Source of the DNA: Octopus vulgaris
Taxonomy: Eukaryota
NCBI GenBank assembly: GCA_951406725.2
Contig: OX597814.1
Coordinates: forward strand, 65,224,001-65,288,000
Length of the DNA stretch: 64,000 nucleotides
Direction of reading: 5' to 3'
Shown one piece after another: positions 11,840 through 25,920 of the stretch. The notes beneath the pieces were generated by a model, which was given only the letters and a program-made list of their open reading frames with translations, searched no databases and had not been told where the DNA came from. The translations under genes were made by a program, and so were the position numbers. Every line of letters begins with the position of its first letter. The first letter of the stretch is position 1.

Positions 11840-14480
11840 ATTCAGGGCCAAGAGGTGTGTGGAACCACCTCTTAGTCACTATTGTTCCCAGGTCTACTCC
11901 GACATGTAGTAATTAACATATGTGATGACATTCCATTTAACACTGGGGTACAGAAATACCGTTGCTTTGTGGTAAGGCTCACAGTAAAACCATTGGGAGT
12001 GAAGGTCTGCTAGTTGTTATTACATCATCCTTCTAATAGTGGAACACTGGGATGTAAAACCGGCGATTTCACGTGACTTTTGGTCATCTCAATTCGACCG
12101 GTGACTAAGTATTAACCACGGAGACTCAGAGAAATCTCTTGGCGGTCCCGTCTACTGAAAGTCGTGTGGAGATAGAAGTGTGACGACACGTGCAGACCTA
12201 AACAATTGGAAGCGCACAGTAAGTTGTAACATTCGTCTGTCACCTATGCTTCAAAACATGCAGATCTGCAACGAGAATGAATAGTCATCTAAGAAGTCAT
12301 GGACGGATACTCCGAAATCATAAAGAGACGGCAATCCCCAATTAAGATGTATTATGTAGGTATGCATGTATGTGTATGTATGAATGATGTATACATTTAT
12401 ACAAGACACGTATCAGTAAAGAATATTACAGTCGGATAAGGTAAATATGGACCTCGGAACACTCTGCATTCAGTAAAAATAATAGCCAACAATTTGTTTG
12501 CAGGACCAGTACGCAACCATCATTTGGGCTGCCTAAGTGAAAACCTGGAAAATACTGACCAGCACAAACAATTTTCATATCAAAAGCGATGTAGAACGCC
12601 TCTACCTAAAACGAAAACAAGGAAAATTATAACATATGAGCAATCTGAGGTAAAGAAGGAGATGTGGAGCTGTACAGGGCCGCTACTAATTAACAAAAAA
12701 TCCAAGAAAAAGCAGAAAAAAACGCAGAAAATTTTGTTATACCACATGGGTGAATTATCAAGGTTTTACAGTTAACCAAAGTCCCACAACCACTAGTCAG
12801 TGTTTACTTTGCTCTTTATGAGTGATAAGAATCAAATTGAGTCGGATAGCATTTACCGCGAAAAAGCTATCTTTCAGTGTGGTAGGTGGTAGGTGTTGCT
12901 CATTGTCTTCTCATTAAACACACTATCAAACCTGTTCGCAAAATGTAGTGAGCAGAGAAATAGATCCAGTAGTATCTACCACCTTTTCTTTGTCGACAAC
13001 CTGAAATATCAACCACATAAAAAATCAACAACAATAGGCCCCTATAACCCAATTTTCTACAGACACTGGGAGTTCAAATGTACATTTTTAACAATTAATA
13101 ATAAGCCCTCCTCTGAAAACCTAAGTATGAACGGCTTGACAGTTCAACCTCTACAATCAGGTGACCATAGTAAGTATCTCGGACAAGATGAGAATATCAG
13201 ATATGATGAGCCCATAATTAAGGAGAGGACCGGAAATAAATATCTGAAGCGAGTAAAGTCATCAGAACACTCAGCTTAGAACAAGTATATTGCCCACAAC
13301 ACCTTTGCACTGCCTGTCCTCTCGCATATGTTCTTGGTCCCTGCAAGAACACAATGAGATAAATGTTCCAACTCACCACAAGCTCTGTATTACAGGAAAT
13401 TTCAACATCAATAGAGATATAGACAGACTATACTTATCACGCAAGGATGGTGGCGTGGTTTCAAACGGTATATTTGCCATATGAAACACGGATTGTGACA
13501 ATGAAACATCTGCAGCAGAAGGAAGAGACCCATAACAATCTTGCTGAGGTCTGTGACCATGAAACCAACAAGTTCATTAGGACAGCTAATGAACTTGAGA
13601 AGAAATGTGAAATAAGAGCTGATACAAATCTTTCCTCAAGGAGCATTCGTAAAATCTATCAGAACAAAAGAAAACAAGTTTATTAAGGAGATATTGCATT
13701 GATACTTGGCATGTAAAACACAAACCATAGAAGGGATTGATTATGTGAAAAGTTTGGCATGATGTACCACTAAGTTTTTGCATCCTACTTTGAAGGCTAC
13801 ATCCGAGTAATACAAGAACAAAAGATCCCCACCGAGTACATACAGCATAAAAGACAGGAAACGTTGACAGACCACAAATGTACGCTTAACAAACTAAAAC
13901 TGAAGACTCGAACCACATTATTGTCAACTGTGAGAGAATATTTTCGGATATTATCTTCCCACGAGGCATGATACGGTGGCCAATATGGTCTGGAACAGGA
14001 GAACAAGAAAGAAAATATCTACAAACGAAGCTTGGTAGAGCTTAAAAATTAAAACAGCCACGAAGTTAAAGCACAATCGGCCAGATATCATTGTGTGGAA
14101 CCACAAAGAAAATATGTGTTCTGTTGTGAAAATTAGTTGCCCTCTGGATACGAATGTGGTTAGAAAAATACAAGCGAAAGAAGATATATATGAACGATTT
14201 AAAAGTTTGCAAATCCAGCACCCAAGATACACATACAGCTTTATACCTATTATCAGAGGATCAAAATACGCACCAACCCGTCTGGAGCAAAGTATGGTGA
14301 ACTTGGAATCTAGTGGGGAAAATGCAAATCTTTAATGCATTTACTTCAAATAATTACGATATCGGGGATTATAAACATCTGCAAGGTCTTCTTAAGATTT
14401 AAAGGATGATGGTTTTAAACAAGATATTTTCCTTCACAATCTTGATATCAAGTAGGTGGCCTAGAAGAAAAAGAAAAAAG
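11840..14480 (+). mobile_element. degraded RLE-type (R4/R2-group) non-LTR retrotransposon
   Basis: HLFFVDNLK (RT domain 5), KYLG, GNFNINRDIDRLYLSRKDGG, EGYIRVIQEQ, KHNRPDIIVW, VVKISCPLD, IPII; A-rich end; 5' boundary uncertain. Confidence 0.75.
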
Positions 14481-15410
14481 CATACATACATACGCACTAT
14501 GTATATATATATATACAAGAATGGCCTCGCCTTACCTAACTTTACACAACATGTAAATAGATACTCCATTTTTACAAAAGCTACTTCTCACAATATTTGA
14601 TTATTTTTCTATATAAATATTATAACAGAAACTGTTAACCATTTTCTTTAAGGTTACAACATTTTCACTTATGATCATGTGCTATCCCAGTACAAAATAC
14701 AAATAATAAAATGATAATGGAATATTATGTCCACATTTGAGAAAGTGTTACATAATTTAAGATAGAATCCAGAAAATATAAACCAACGGATACATGTTCA
14801 TTCACTCAACCAACACAGACTTCTGTCTAAAAAGTCTTGTTTTCTCTCCTAGTCTATCATACCACAGCCAAAAATTATTTCTACCGGTGGAATAGTTATC
14901 TGCATCAATCCTCGTTCAAATTTACTGAACTCATTCGTTTCTCCTCCTGTCGATTTCCTGCTCTTATCATTACTCCTGTTCTTTGCTTCTTGAGAATTCA
15001 ATCACCTAGAATGTTCTTCCCCACTGCGTGCTTCCACTAAATAGCGATTTTACAGATTTTCCATTGAACATTAATAGAAACAATTTCAGCAACATTGGAC
15101 CACCTGCGAAATTGATGTATATATGTTAGCAAAAATACGCATGTATCCAACCCCGACACATACACGTACACACATAACCTTATGACTAAACCATTAAAAA
15201 GAGACTACTTTTTACATGGTCTAGCCAATAATTTAGTAAAGGGAAGATTGTATTGTATAGGAAACAAATAGAGAAGAAAATATCAATTCATCTTATCATC
15301 TACACAAAGGAATTACATAACTACTTGTCGTCTGAATGTCGCATGGCGTGCATATAACTTAACAGTTACGCTTGTCAGATTTAAACCGTAAAATAACTAT
15401 GTAATTTCAA

Positions 15411-16230
15411 TATAATCCGATGCGTATATATTAACTTATAACTATTTATAGGCGCATTGACAAATTCTAAGATGAATTGTTGAAAGACAAATGCAACCTT
15501 TCATAGATTGAGAGACAAATATACTATTCCTAGACATGTCACCGTATACAATATACAGAATACGGTAGGTAATATGTTACATAATTATTTTCAGTGACAA
15601 AAAAATACTATCATTTTTCTGAAACAGATTTAGAGTTTCACCTAGAAAAGTTTGTGTTGACAGCGACCGTAGAAGTTATCAGTTATATTTCTATCAGTAA
15701 TTCAAGTTATATAACTTAAATATAAGCGCAGGCATGGTTGTGTAATAAGAACCTTGCTTCCCAACCACATCGTACCGAGTTCAGTTCCACTGCGTGGCAC
15801 CTTGGGGAGTTGTCTTCTACTGTGGTTTGGGCTGACTTGTGAGGTTGACGGAAACTGAAAGAAGCCACCGTATACATATACATATATGTGGGTGGGTGAG
15901 GGTCGTGTGTATGTGAGTGTGTGCCTTTGTCTCCCACTACAGCTTCACAACTGATGTTGGTGTGCTCACGACTCCGTAACCGAGCGGATCCACATAAGAG
16001 AGCGGTAGAGTCAGTACCATGCTTTAAAAAATGTAGTGGAGTCGACTCATGTATAAATACACACACAGCGTTATAAACATACGTACATAAACTCATCCAC
16101 ACCCATATGTGCATATGCAAAAGGAATAGTAAAACATAATAAAAATCATATGAACGCATTTATAGCTATAATCCGATGCGTATATATTAACTTATATCTA
16201 TTTATAGACACATTGGCAAATTCTAAGATG
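15411..16230. repeat. 64-bp direct repeat pair
   Basis: tataatccgatgcgtatatattaacttata..caaattctaagatg at 15411-15474 and 16167-16230, few mismatches. Confidence 0.85.
15725..16050 (+). mobile_element. SINE family B, degenerate
   Basis: gcgcaggcatggttgtgtaataaga..gttcagttccactgcgtggcaccttgggg..gacggaaactgaaagaagcc and tail. Confidence 0.8.
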
Positions 16231-16623
16231 CTATATGAGCATACGTACACCATCCCGCAAAACGAAATATAATATTTATAGGCCTAAGGTGATCTTCGAT
16301 CATGTATTTGTAAATATTAAAGAATAAGGTATGTGTGTGTATATGCACATGCAGGTAAGCATATATGTATATATACAGATTGAATTCAGTTGCCTGTGTT
16401 CATTCTACTGCAAGGCGAACGCCTCAGCATGTTCCCTCTGCCAAGAAATCACACAGGTCTGAGAAATCTACTCTGCCACACTGGCATACACAGAAACATG
16501 TATATACATGTATATATTTGTATCTATTTGTGCGTTGTATTGGTCACCGACGTGTCACAATAGTCGCTGTATCAATAATGAATCAAATATATATATATAC
16601 ATACACATATGTATGTGTGTGTG

Positions 16624-16673
<50 letters not shown>

Positions 16674-17029
16674 CATGCGTGTGTATATGTATGTATCTAT
16701 CTTGGTCACTGATGTAGTTCAATAATTTTTTATCGATACTGCATCAAAATACCCCTCAAGAAATAGCCAGTATCGGAAAATTTATAGAAGCTATGCTATA
16801 TATTTTGTGAAGTGAATGTTGTTAGTATTGAATCTTGTGATTATGAATTTTTTGAAAATATCGTAAAAACATATTGCACGCTATTGAAGGCTAACCCCTA
16901 CTGTACCAGAATGTTAGTTCAGCATATGTTCCTTGCTGAACATGGCAGGGAATGAAAGATTTTTGTGTATCTTAGTGTTCTTCTGGAAGTTAAGTCATCA
17001 TTCGAAACCAACAGATGTTGACATTTTCT

Positions 17030-17074
<45 letters not shown>

Positions 17075-17209
17075 TACACACACATCCACACACACATATG
17101 TATTGTATGCATATATGCATGCGCTTGAATATATCCAGTATAAATACGTGTGTGCATTAGAGTATATACGTACAGGTGTATGTATGTCTACACACACAAA
17201 CACACACAC

Positions 17210-17253
<44 letters not shown>

Positions 17254-19006
17254 AATAGACACAATATTTATATATATATGTATATTCATGCATATTATGA
17301 ACAAACACTCTCACACTGACATATACATTAATTTCAAACCATTACTGTGTGAGGTCCAACACAAGGGTGGGCAACTAAATGTGTTGGATCAGTTCGCTTG
17401 CATATGTAAATATATATTTGAGAATTTAATAGGTAAATACTTTCTAAAGAATATAAGGAAAGAAGAGAAATAACACATCACATATTTATATATCTAACAG
17501 TTTTATCTTATCGATACCTATCGTAGCTATATTTCAGTAATACATTTATTCGAATTGATCTGCTTTTTTTTTATTACACTTGTACAAAACACATTTGGCA
17601 AAACTGTGGCGATCGGGTTTATTGATTTATTAAATAGCTATTCGGATTCTAATGAAAGTGAGTAAGAGAAAATGTAGAGAAATTGAGGAAATCTTGCAGT
17701 AGGATATGATGCTACACGTGTATTGAGTTGCGTGTGGCGATCATAAGAAAACGCCTACGAGTATATGATCGGTTAGAATAGTGTATAGATTTATTGCTCA
17801 TATATATTTTTATATGATGTTTACATGAGATAATACTTTATTCAGTTTGTTGAATGGAAAACTGAGAAAGACAATATAAGAGATTATAAGTATAATATTA
17901 GGTTTGAAAGCTTACGATAATGTTGGGTAAATTGATGAATAAAATCACGAAGAAACTGAAACGGCAACTTTCCTTGGAAAAAACGAAATCTAATTTTGTA
18001 AGGTTGCACGGTTTCCTTTAGATAAATTTTGCTAATACACGTGAGTGTGTTATACATATTGCGCAAAACTACCTTTCTACACAATATTTACACTGACAGA
18101 AGAGATATGTACAGTGGTGGACTGTGCTAAGAGGCAGTAGGAGTGGGGCATTTAAAAATAGTTGAAGTTCCTATTTCTGAAATACTTACCACTAAAATCG
18201 CTACAACTTTGGCATTTTGACAATACGCTCTTTTCCGTCTTGACATACGAAACACCGTTTGACAACAGACGATGAGTATTTTATATACGTTTATGTTAAA
18301 ATGCAATAATACAATCACTAGCACATATGAAATAGAATAGCAAATAACCGTAGGCTTATAAATTGTCTACTCTGGTCACTACATTCTATGGTAGTAGGGC
18401 ATCAAATTATCGTGAAATAACAGTGTTAACAAACCTTTATATCTCAGTGGATTGCATAGACAATTCCTTACAGGAACATTGAAAGTTCTACACTGTGTAG
18501 ATTCTTACGAGTAGTGTTTGGTCTTTGGGTGGAGAATATGATCCATTGCTTTATGATATCGATTATTGGTGTTATTGATGTTTATCGTCTGGTCAGTTAC
18601 AGATGTGGATTTCTATTTTCTCCAGAAGTGGTAGTTCTAACATTAAAATGTGCCCCTCCGGTGTTTAATGTTCTAGGTGCAATTTGATGTAAAAAATTTT
18701 ACTATTACTAAATCGCTTCATCAGAATGGAAGTACACTACTGACGACCCTATATCAAAACACTGCAATAACAGAAAAGACTCCAGTAAAGGTTTACAAGA
18801 CTTAAGTGGTGATCGTGTTAAGCTGGACGATGTGTGAATTCTACACCCAGAGTAAAGCACGACAGCATTAAAAACTAGGAATATATGAAGTCGGAATAGA
18901 TATATCAGAGCATTTCTTCGATACTCGAGCAACTCTGCCAGTCCCGTATATAAAAGTGTGTGGGGGGGAGTTAAAATTTGTGTGTGTGTGTGTTTACGTG
19001 AAGTGA

Positions 19007-19053
<47 letters not shown>

Positions 19054-19073
19054 TGTGTATGTGTGTGTGTGTA

Positions 19074-19105
<32 letters not shown>

Positions 19106-20755
19106 CATGCATGTATATATATATGAAAGGAAAAATGTTTGATCTTGGCACGATCGGTTAAATTTCACTGTCGCTGTCAAAACTTTCTTGCTCCAAATCA
19201 AGTCTTTTCCAACAGATTTCTGGGATGCTAGATATTAATTTGTAAGAGGCTTTCTTGATTACGATTTTAAATTGGTTGAGCAACCAGACAGTGGATTACT
19301 CAGGGATACATTTATTATTACTAGAGATAATTATTCCAGAAAGAAATCGTGATACTCTCTCTAAACTCTCTGTTTACTATAATTTGTATGATTTCGTAAG
19401 ATGAATGTAGGAATGGCGTTACAGTAGCATCAAAAATTGTTAAGAACACCATCAATGAACAATTGGTAAAAGCAAAAAGAACAACAAAACAGTAATAGCT
19501 GCACGGAAAACCAAATTCAGAATCATGGACGATATTTAGATATTTGCAACAAACTTAACAAGTTAGCAGTTGCGTAGAAAAATATTTTTGTATATTTTAG
19601 ATTGACAGGCTTGTATCATATGCACAAGCCAGGTGTGTTTACTGAAAAAACGTCGAAAGCGACGGGTTTAACCGCTCTAATGCCTCGGAAAAACAAAACA
19701 CTCTATGATAACGGGTGCTATGCTGTTATGCTGTGTTATGCTATCTGAGTCAAAATAGTCCCACGGGGAAGATTTTCATCTTTCCACAAAATATATGACC
19801 TTTTGTTATATGAGAAATTGCATTAAAGCATTTCCATATTAATTTTCTTCCTATTCAGTTAATCTGCTTGGTAAGTTACTAAAGCATTTATAATACCTTT
19901 CTTACGCCGTTACCCCAATCTGTCCTATATCTCTGGTCAAAATACCCATTCAAATTTAGAATGAGGCACACTAATTGAAAGATATGTGAATTGTATTGTG
20001 AGGTTGTCGCATCCGTACAACGTTGGGTTCAGTCCTCTATGTGGGTGTAGTTCATAGTAAGGTCTTGATACTGATCGTGATTACATGCTGCACATTTTCC
20101 TTAGCTTAACAAGACATTCGTTGCTATTTCTATCTTTCTGTTGTGTTAAACATATTTTTGCACATGGTATGATGAATTCTTATTGATTTATTCGAAATAT
20201 AGGGAGAAATAATTCCAAAAATACATGAGTAAAGATGGGCAGGCAGGAGCGAGTGAAAGAGAGACAGAGAAGGGAGAGAGTTAGAGAGAAAGAGGGAAAG
20301 AAATAAAAAGAAATAGAGAGAAGTCGCACCAGATATTAGTCGCTGTATGGGGTGCCACTGAGAGTGGGAACAAAAAGGAAGGTGTGTGGTGTTATAATAA
20401 TTAGTAAGCGGAAAAAATTATGCAAAAAGATGGAAAAGGATCACTCAGAAAAATCGCACGTGAGACATGCACATCCCTCATCAGTTATCGCCCAAAAATC
20501 ATCGCAATGTGGTGCTATTGCATGCCTGTTTAAAGGGAAGTAAACGAAATGTGGAAAAACATGGAAATCTCTCATCAGCTATGGAGACCAGACTACAAAA
20601 GAAGAGCGCGTTTAATGAACTAAGACTTTAAATCTCAGGGCACTCCTCATCTAACTGCCGCAATGATATAGGGAATGTCACTGATATACGGAATGTCACA
20701 ACATACGACAAGTAGGATTGAAAACTACAAATAAAAACAATCCAGTAACAGAATA

Positions 20756-20792
<37 letters not shown>

Positions 20793-20839
20793 ATAAACCT
20801 CTCTCTCTCTCTCTTTCCCCATATATATATATATATACT

Positions 20840-21060
20840 TTTATTCTTTTACTCATTTGAGTAATTGAATAAAGCCATGCTGGAGCACCATCTTAAAGAG
20901 TTTTTTTATTCGAAGAAATCAAATCGTCCCCGGAAATTTTTTTGGTAAGCCTAGTACTTGTTCTACCGCTCTGTTTTGTCGGACCGCTAGGTTACGGGAT
21001 CGTAAATAAATCAACTTCGGTTGTCAAGCGATTGTGGGGGGAGGGGGACAAACACAAAAA
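20840..21060 (-). mobile_element. SINE family B 3' tail
   Basis: Reverse complement tgtttgtcccc..cgcttgacaaccg..ccgtaacctagcgg..ccagcatggc..taaaagaataaaag. Confidence 0.7.
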
Positions 21061-21087
21061 TACACACACACGTAAATATATACATAT

Positions 21088-22040
21088 GTGGTGGTAGTTG
21101 TTTACTCCTTATGCAGACTTTTTGTACTCACAGCTTAGATCTGTTATGACGTCAGATGTAGCTTTTTAGACCAGACAAAGTTTTGAAAAAACACCCACAT
21201 AAACTACATATATGATTTCGACTATGAACAGCTGCAGTTAAGTTCTGATGTCTGTAGATCTTATGTCTTTTTAGGCCTCCGTTAGATTTGTAGACCTTAT
21301 GCCCTACATAGCATTGAAAGGTATGCACAGATAGATAAATAGAGTAGTTCGTAGAGATTTGTTTATCATGGGTCTGCGAATGAGATTTGAGCTCAGCAAA
21401 AGAAAGGCATGATTTTCCACAAATTGTGCACACAAAAATGTTGCTGGGATTCATTTTCTCGTTGATCGTAGCATTTTTCTTTAAATTTCTTTTGAGCTTC
21501 GTATGGGTCATCCTGTTTTCTGCAAAAACTTTCACTTCTCTCCATAGTTTTGCTCGCAATCCAGCTCGATCCGAAACAAGGATTTCTATGGCCTTCGGAT
21601 CGATTCTAAGTGATTTCATGTTAGTCCTTATACAATCCTTAAACTTCCTTTTAGGTTTACTCTGGCCGCATTTCTTTTCTGCAAGTTTGCCGTAAAACAC
21701 TGTTTTGGTGTGCCTTCATGCGCCATTCGTACAATGTGGCCAGACCATTTTATTTGATATTTCAAGATCATTGATTTGAGTGAACTGATCATGCCTGCAG
21801 ATGCAAAGACATTTGTGTTTGAAGTAAAAAAACAAAATGTCCCATTTAATGTTTGAAATGCGACGAAGGCATTTTTAGTGGAACCATTCTAACAATTTGA
21901 GATGTTTTTTTATAACAAGACCATGTTACAGAAAAATACAACAGGGATGGTAGGACAACCGATTTGTAAAGAGCCACTTTTGTGTTGTTATTTATATGTC
22001 TCTGGCACCAAACGCATGAATCCAAAAGACTAAATGCTTA
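21088..22040 (-). mobile_element. RTE-clade LINE 3' fragment with three C2H2-like fingers
   Basis: WSGHIVRM, FYGKL..KPKRKFKD, LVSDRAGLR, then CTICGKSC..LKSH, CYVGHK..GGLKRH, CSLCGCFFKTLSGLKS (ORF 21152-21700); upstream part frameshifted. Confidence 0.85.
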
Positions 22041-22098
22041 GGCTAGATGAAAGAGGCAGGTGACAAGAGTCAACAACCTGAAGTAACTTACCCTTAAC

Positions 22099-22141
<43 letters not shown>

Positions 22142-22214
22142 CACACACATATATATATATGCACACACACACACACACAAATATATATATATGAATATAT
22201 TTATATATATATAT

Positions 22215-22254
<40 letters not shown>

Positions 22255-22256
<2 letters not shown>

Positions 22257-22420
22257 GACGGACTCCTTTCAGTTTCTATCTACCAAATTCACGCACGGTG
22301 TTTTGAACGGCCCAATGTTATAGAAGAAAATATTTGCCCAATATGTCACGCAGTGGGACTGAACCCAGAACCGTGTGTCTGAGAAGCACGTTTCTTACTA
22401 CTGAGCCACGCCTGTGCCTA
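22255..22420 (-). mobile_element. SINE family B head
   Basis: Reverse complement ggcacaggcgtggctcagtagtaag..gggttcagtcccactgcgtg..ttgggcaaat..gaaactgaaaggagtccgtcg. Confidence 0.85.
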
Positions 22421-24141
22421 TATATATAATGCATACGTGAATGTGTGGGTGTATGCACATATAGTCACCCACTTGTATGCATAGTTCCAGAAGAGGCAGA
22501 AAAGGATGTTAACCTTTCGAGAAGGTACAATAGAAAATGATCGTCTCCGACTAGTGATGCACTAAGAACACATACCCGCGCGCACAGACGCACATGTATG
22601 TACATATGTGTATGTGTGTATATATACATATATATGTATGTGTGTGTGTGTGTGTATGTATGTATGTACGTATGTATACGCACACACAGAGACATGTTAT
22701 TGAAATAAATATTGTGAGTAGCTCTCATTGAAGCGTGTGTAAACCTGAATAGTGAGAAAGATCAGATCTCATACACACATACTCATCTAATTATCCTCTA
22801 TTTGTTCAATACATAAATAAATAGGTAGAGCACGGTAAGAAAACTGGCTGAATGATTTGTTTTATGGCATGTCATATCCAATAAGGAATAGTGAGAGAAA
22901 ACGAAAGACAAAATATAGGGAAATCGTTGCATTAGTCTTACAAGTACAAAACCCTCCTGTCGTTTGACTATAACGTTTAGAACAAGAATTCATTGCAACA
23001 GTCTACAGTGTGGTGCATGCAATAAAATTCGATAGAACAAACAAAATTTAATTCCACTACACATCATTAAAAGCCACAAATATTCGGAAGAGAAACTATG
23101 GCGGTTTCGCTGATGTACAAAATGGAAGATACGTAATTACAACGACAACTACTTGATTAATCGTTATCCAATTTTAAACTCTAGTGACGGAAAAGACAAA
23201 CATTGCATCCACTACTTTTCTGAGTTATGCAAAGCATACAAAAGCGCGTCATTTTCAGGACGGGATTGAGAGGGTATCAAAATTTTCACCAAAAATCATT
23301 TAGCACGAATATATTTGTCTCTTTAATATTATTCACTTTTGTACGTGTGAGAGAGTGTGTGTGTGAGCGTGGGCCTGCAAACACACGCACACAAGCATTA
23401 TATATGAACACAAATATACACGCCCGCTTTCATATTACGAAAAGGAAAGGGGTATTTCTAAAGTACTGAAATATCAATATGCACAATTTCTCTAAAGCTT
23501 AAGTACAACTATATATAATGAGATGCACTCACACCTACAAAGTGGTAACCACATAAATACACCTAGCACGCTGTGGTGATTTTCTTTGTGTTTGTGACAA
23601 TTTATTGAATTTACGATGAATATATTGATATCTGATTTCTTATTCAAATATATTTCGAAGACAACATAGATAAGAAGTTATATAAACGCAACAGCACGCC
23701 ATTGACATGACGTCAATCACCTGAAACTCATGTTATAGAGACAGACAAGAATATTAAGGCAAGGAGTCGGCATACGATAACCACAGAATAAAGTAGTTAA
23801 ATACTGATAATCATCTGGGGTCCTAACAAAAAAGTCGCTTGAAAGAGGTCAAGCAATTGTCGAAGTAAAAGATTTTGCAATTGAATTAGTGTGAGGCAAT
23901 GAAACTTAAAATTGTATTAATATTAAAAGGTAACATAATGTAACAGTTGAAGAACAGCTTAAATTTTATAACCGGGCTCTTATTTCTTTATCACAATATT
24001 TTGAACTTCCGCCCTGATTATACGTTGTATCCTAATTCAAACTTTTCATTTGCTCTGTTATTTTATTTCTCCTCTGGTTGTCATTTTGTAATTCTTCACC
24101 ATTTTTATCCAGTTCGGTATGTTTGTCATGAAGACAATTGG

Positions 24142-24195
<54 letters not shown>

Positions 24196-24329
24196 CGTGT
24201 GTGTGCGTGTGCGCGCGTGTGTGTGTGTATCTTTCTAATTACGCTGTTCGATTCACTTAACTTTCAATGTATAATCCTGAAACTACATTTTATATATTAC
24301 ACTAATTTCATTCTCTGATAATTAGTCTT

Positions 24330-24938
24330 ATCCTTCTAAAATACTCGTTCCTTTACCCGCACTTTCCATAAAATTTAGCCGCACTTTAGATAGTCTCTGT
24401 AATTCAATAGCTAGGTCCTGCTACTTAGCTATTTTTTTTTTTGTACCTCTCATATTAATTTTTTCATCATTTCATAATTGACTGTAGGGTCAATTATCTG
24501 GCACTTTCTATTCTCTTTATCCACTACTACCCAATCAGGCCTTCTAACTGCTATTACTCTCTCAGTCTGAATGTTAAAGTTCCACAGCATCTTGTATTTC
24601 TTACTTTCTTGTATTTTACTAACTTTATGTGTATACCAATTATCAATATGTTCAAATCCTAGCTTTCTACATAGCTCCCAGTGGATTACTCTCCCTAGAT
24701 TGTCATGTCTTTCCATGCATTCTTTGTGTACCAGCATTGTAAAATCACTTACTATATGAATAACTCTTTCCTCTATTGATTTTGCATAAACTACATTGGG
24801 AATCAACTTGGTTTTTGACTATCTTGGTTTTTATCCAATTAGACCTTAAAGCTTGATCTTGTGCAGCTACTGACAAACTACTATTTGCAGCAACTATCTT
24901 TGGGAATCTTCCATGCAACGCTTTCTCTTGCCAGTCAG
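24330..24938 (-). mobile_element. RLE-type (R4-like) LINE C-terminal fragment
   Basis: WQEKALHG, AAQDQALRSN, CSLCK, ERHDNLGRVIHWELC, LWNFNIQT..RRPD.VVVDK..CQIID. Confidence 0.85.
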
Positions 24939-24939
24939 A

Positions 24940-25088
<149 letters not shown>

Positions 25089-25630
25089 TGGTCAACAGCA
25101 TGCTTTCAAATGAGTTCCAAGGTACTGTAGAGGAAATCTGACAAAACAAGCTGCAATGGAATCATTTCACTTAAAAAAAGAACATCACTATCACTATAGA
25201 CTGCTGGTGAAGGTAGAACCAATATTACCTGTCCCCTATCTCCCCACGTAGCATATCGATACTGTCAGTGAATTACGTTAAAGTGTGCTGAAGGGAGCCG
25301 GCCTGCTTAGAAACAAAACTACTTGTTATCAAAAGTTAGATATAGTAACCATCAAGGAGACTAGAATTTCGATGCTGCATTTAATCGCGATTATTGTGAC
25401 CGAGTACTAGAAGAACAAATCCTTTGATCGGCTCTAATCAGGTGGGAAATAGTTTTATTTCGAAATGGTCTGGATATTGACCACTATTTTCCGATAAAAC
25501 ACGGTTTATGTCCCGACTGAAGGAGAATGAGTAGACACAAATAGACTGTCAGTCTTATGAGATAAAGCGTTGAAAAGGTGTGATGATTTCCAAAATGGTA
25601 TAAGTGTAAACATCAAATTAAAAAGGGTAG

Positions 25631-25790
25631 CTAACTCAAAGCCACAAACGCACTGCTTTTAATAACGTAGGTGAGTTTAACCGTAGGCGTTACGAACCGC
25701 TAATGATGATTAAAATGGTCAAAATGTACGGTGGAGACTTATCTGCCTTTGTCAGTCACTTAAGACAGTGTGTTTGTGGCTTTGAGTTAG
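25631..25790. repeat. 25-bp inverted repeat with 110-bp spacer
   Basis: ctaactcaaagccacaaacgcactg (25631-25655) pairs with 25766-25790 at 24/25. Confidence 0.8.
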
Positions 25791-25920
25791 TTTAACTTTT
25801 ATCTTTAGCAAAGATGATGCTAGTCAGTACCCTCTGTCAATTTTGCTGCGTCTGTTAATTTTGCCTTTAGTTTCTAGTTGCTAATAAGCCACTCTTTTTA
25901 TTTTGTTATATATGTATATA

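Noticed and set aside
21152-21700. Host C2H2 zinc-finger gene
   Set aside because: The fingers are contiguous with RTE C-terminal motifs and the upstream frame is broken, so this is a LINE remnant.
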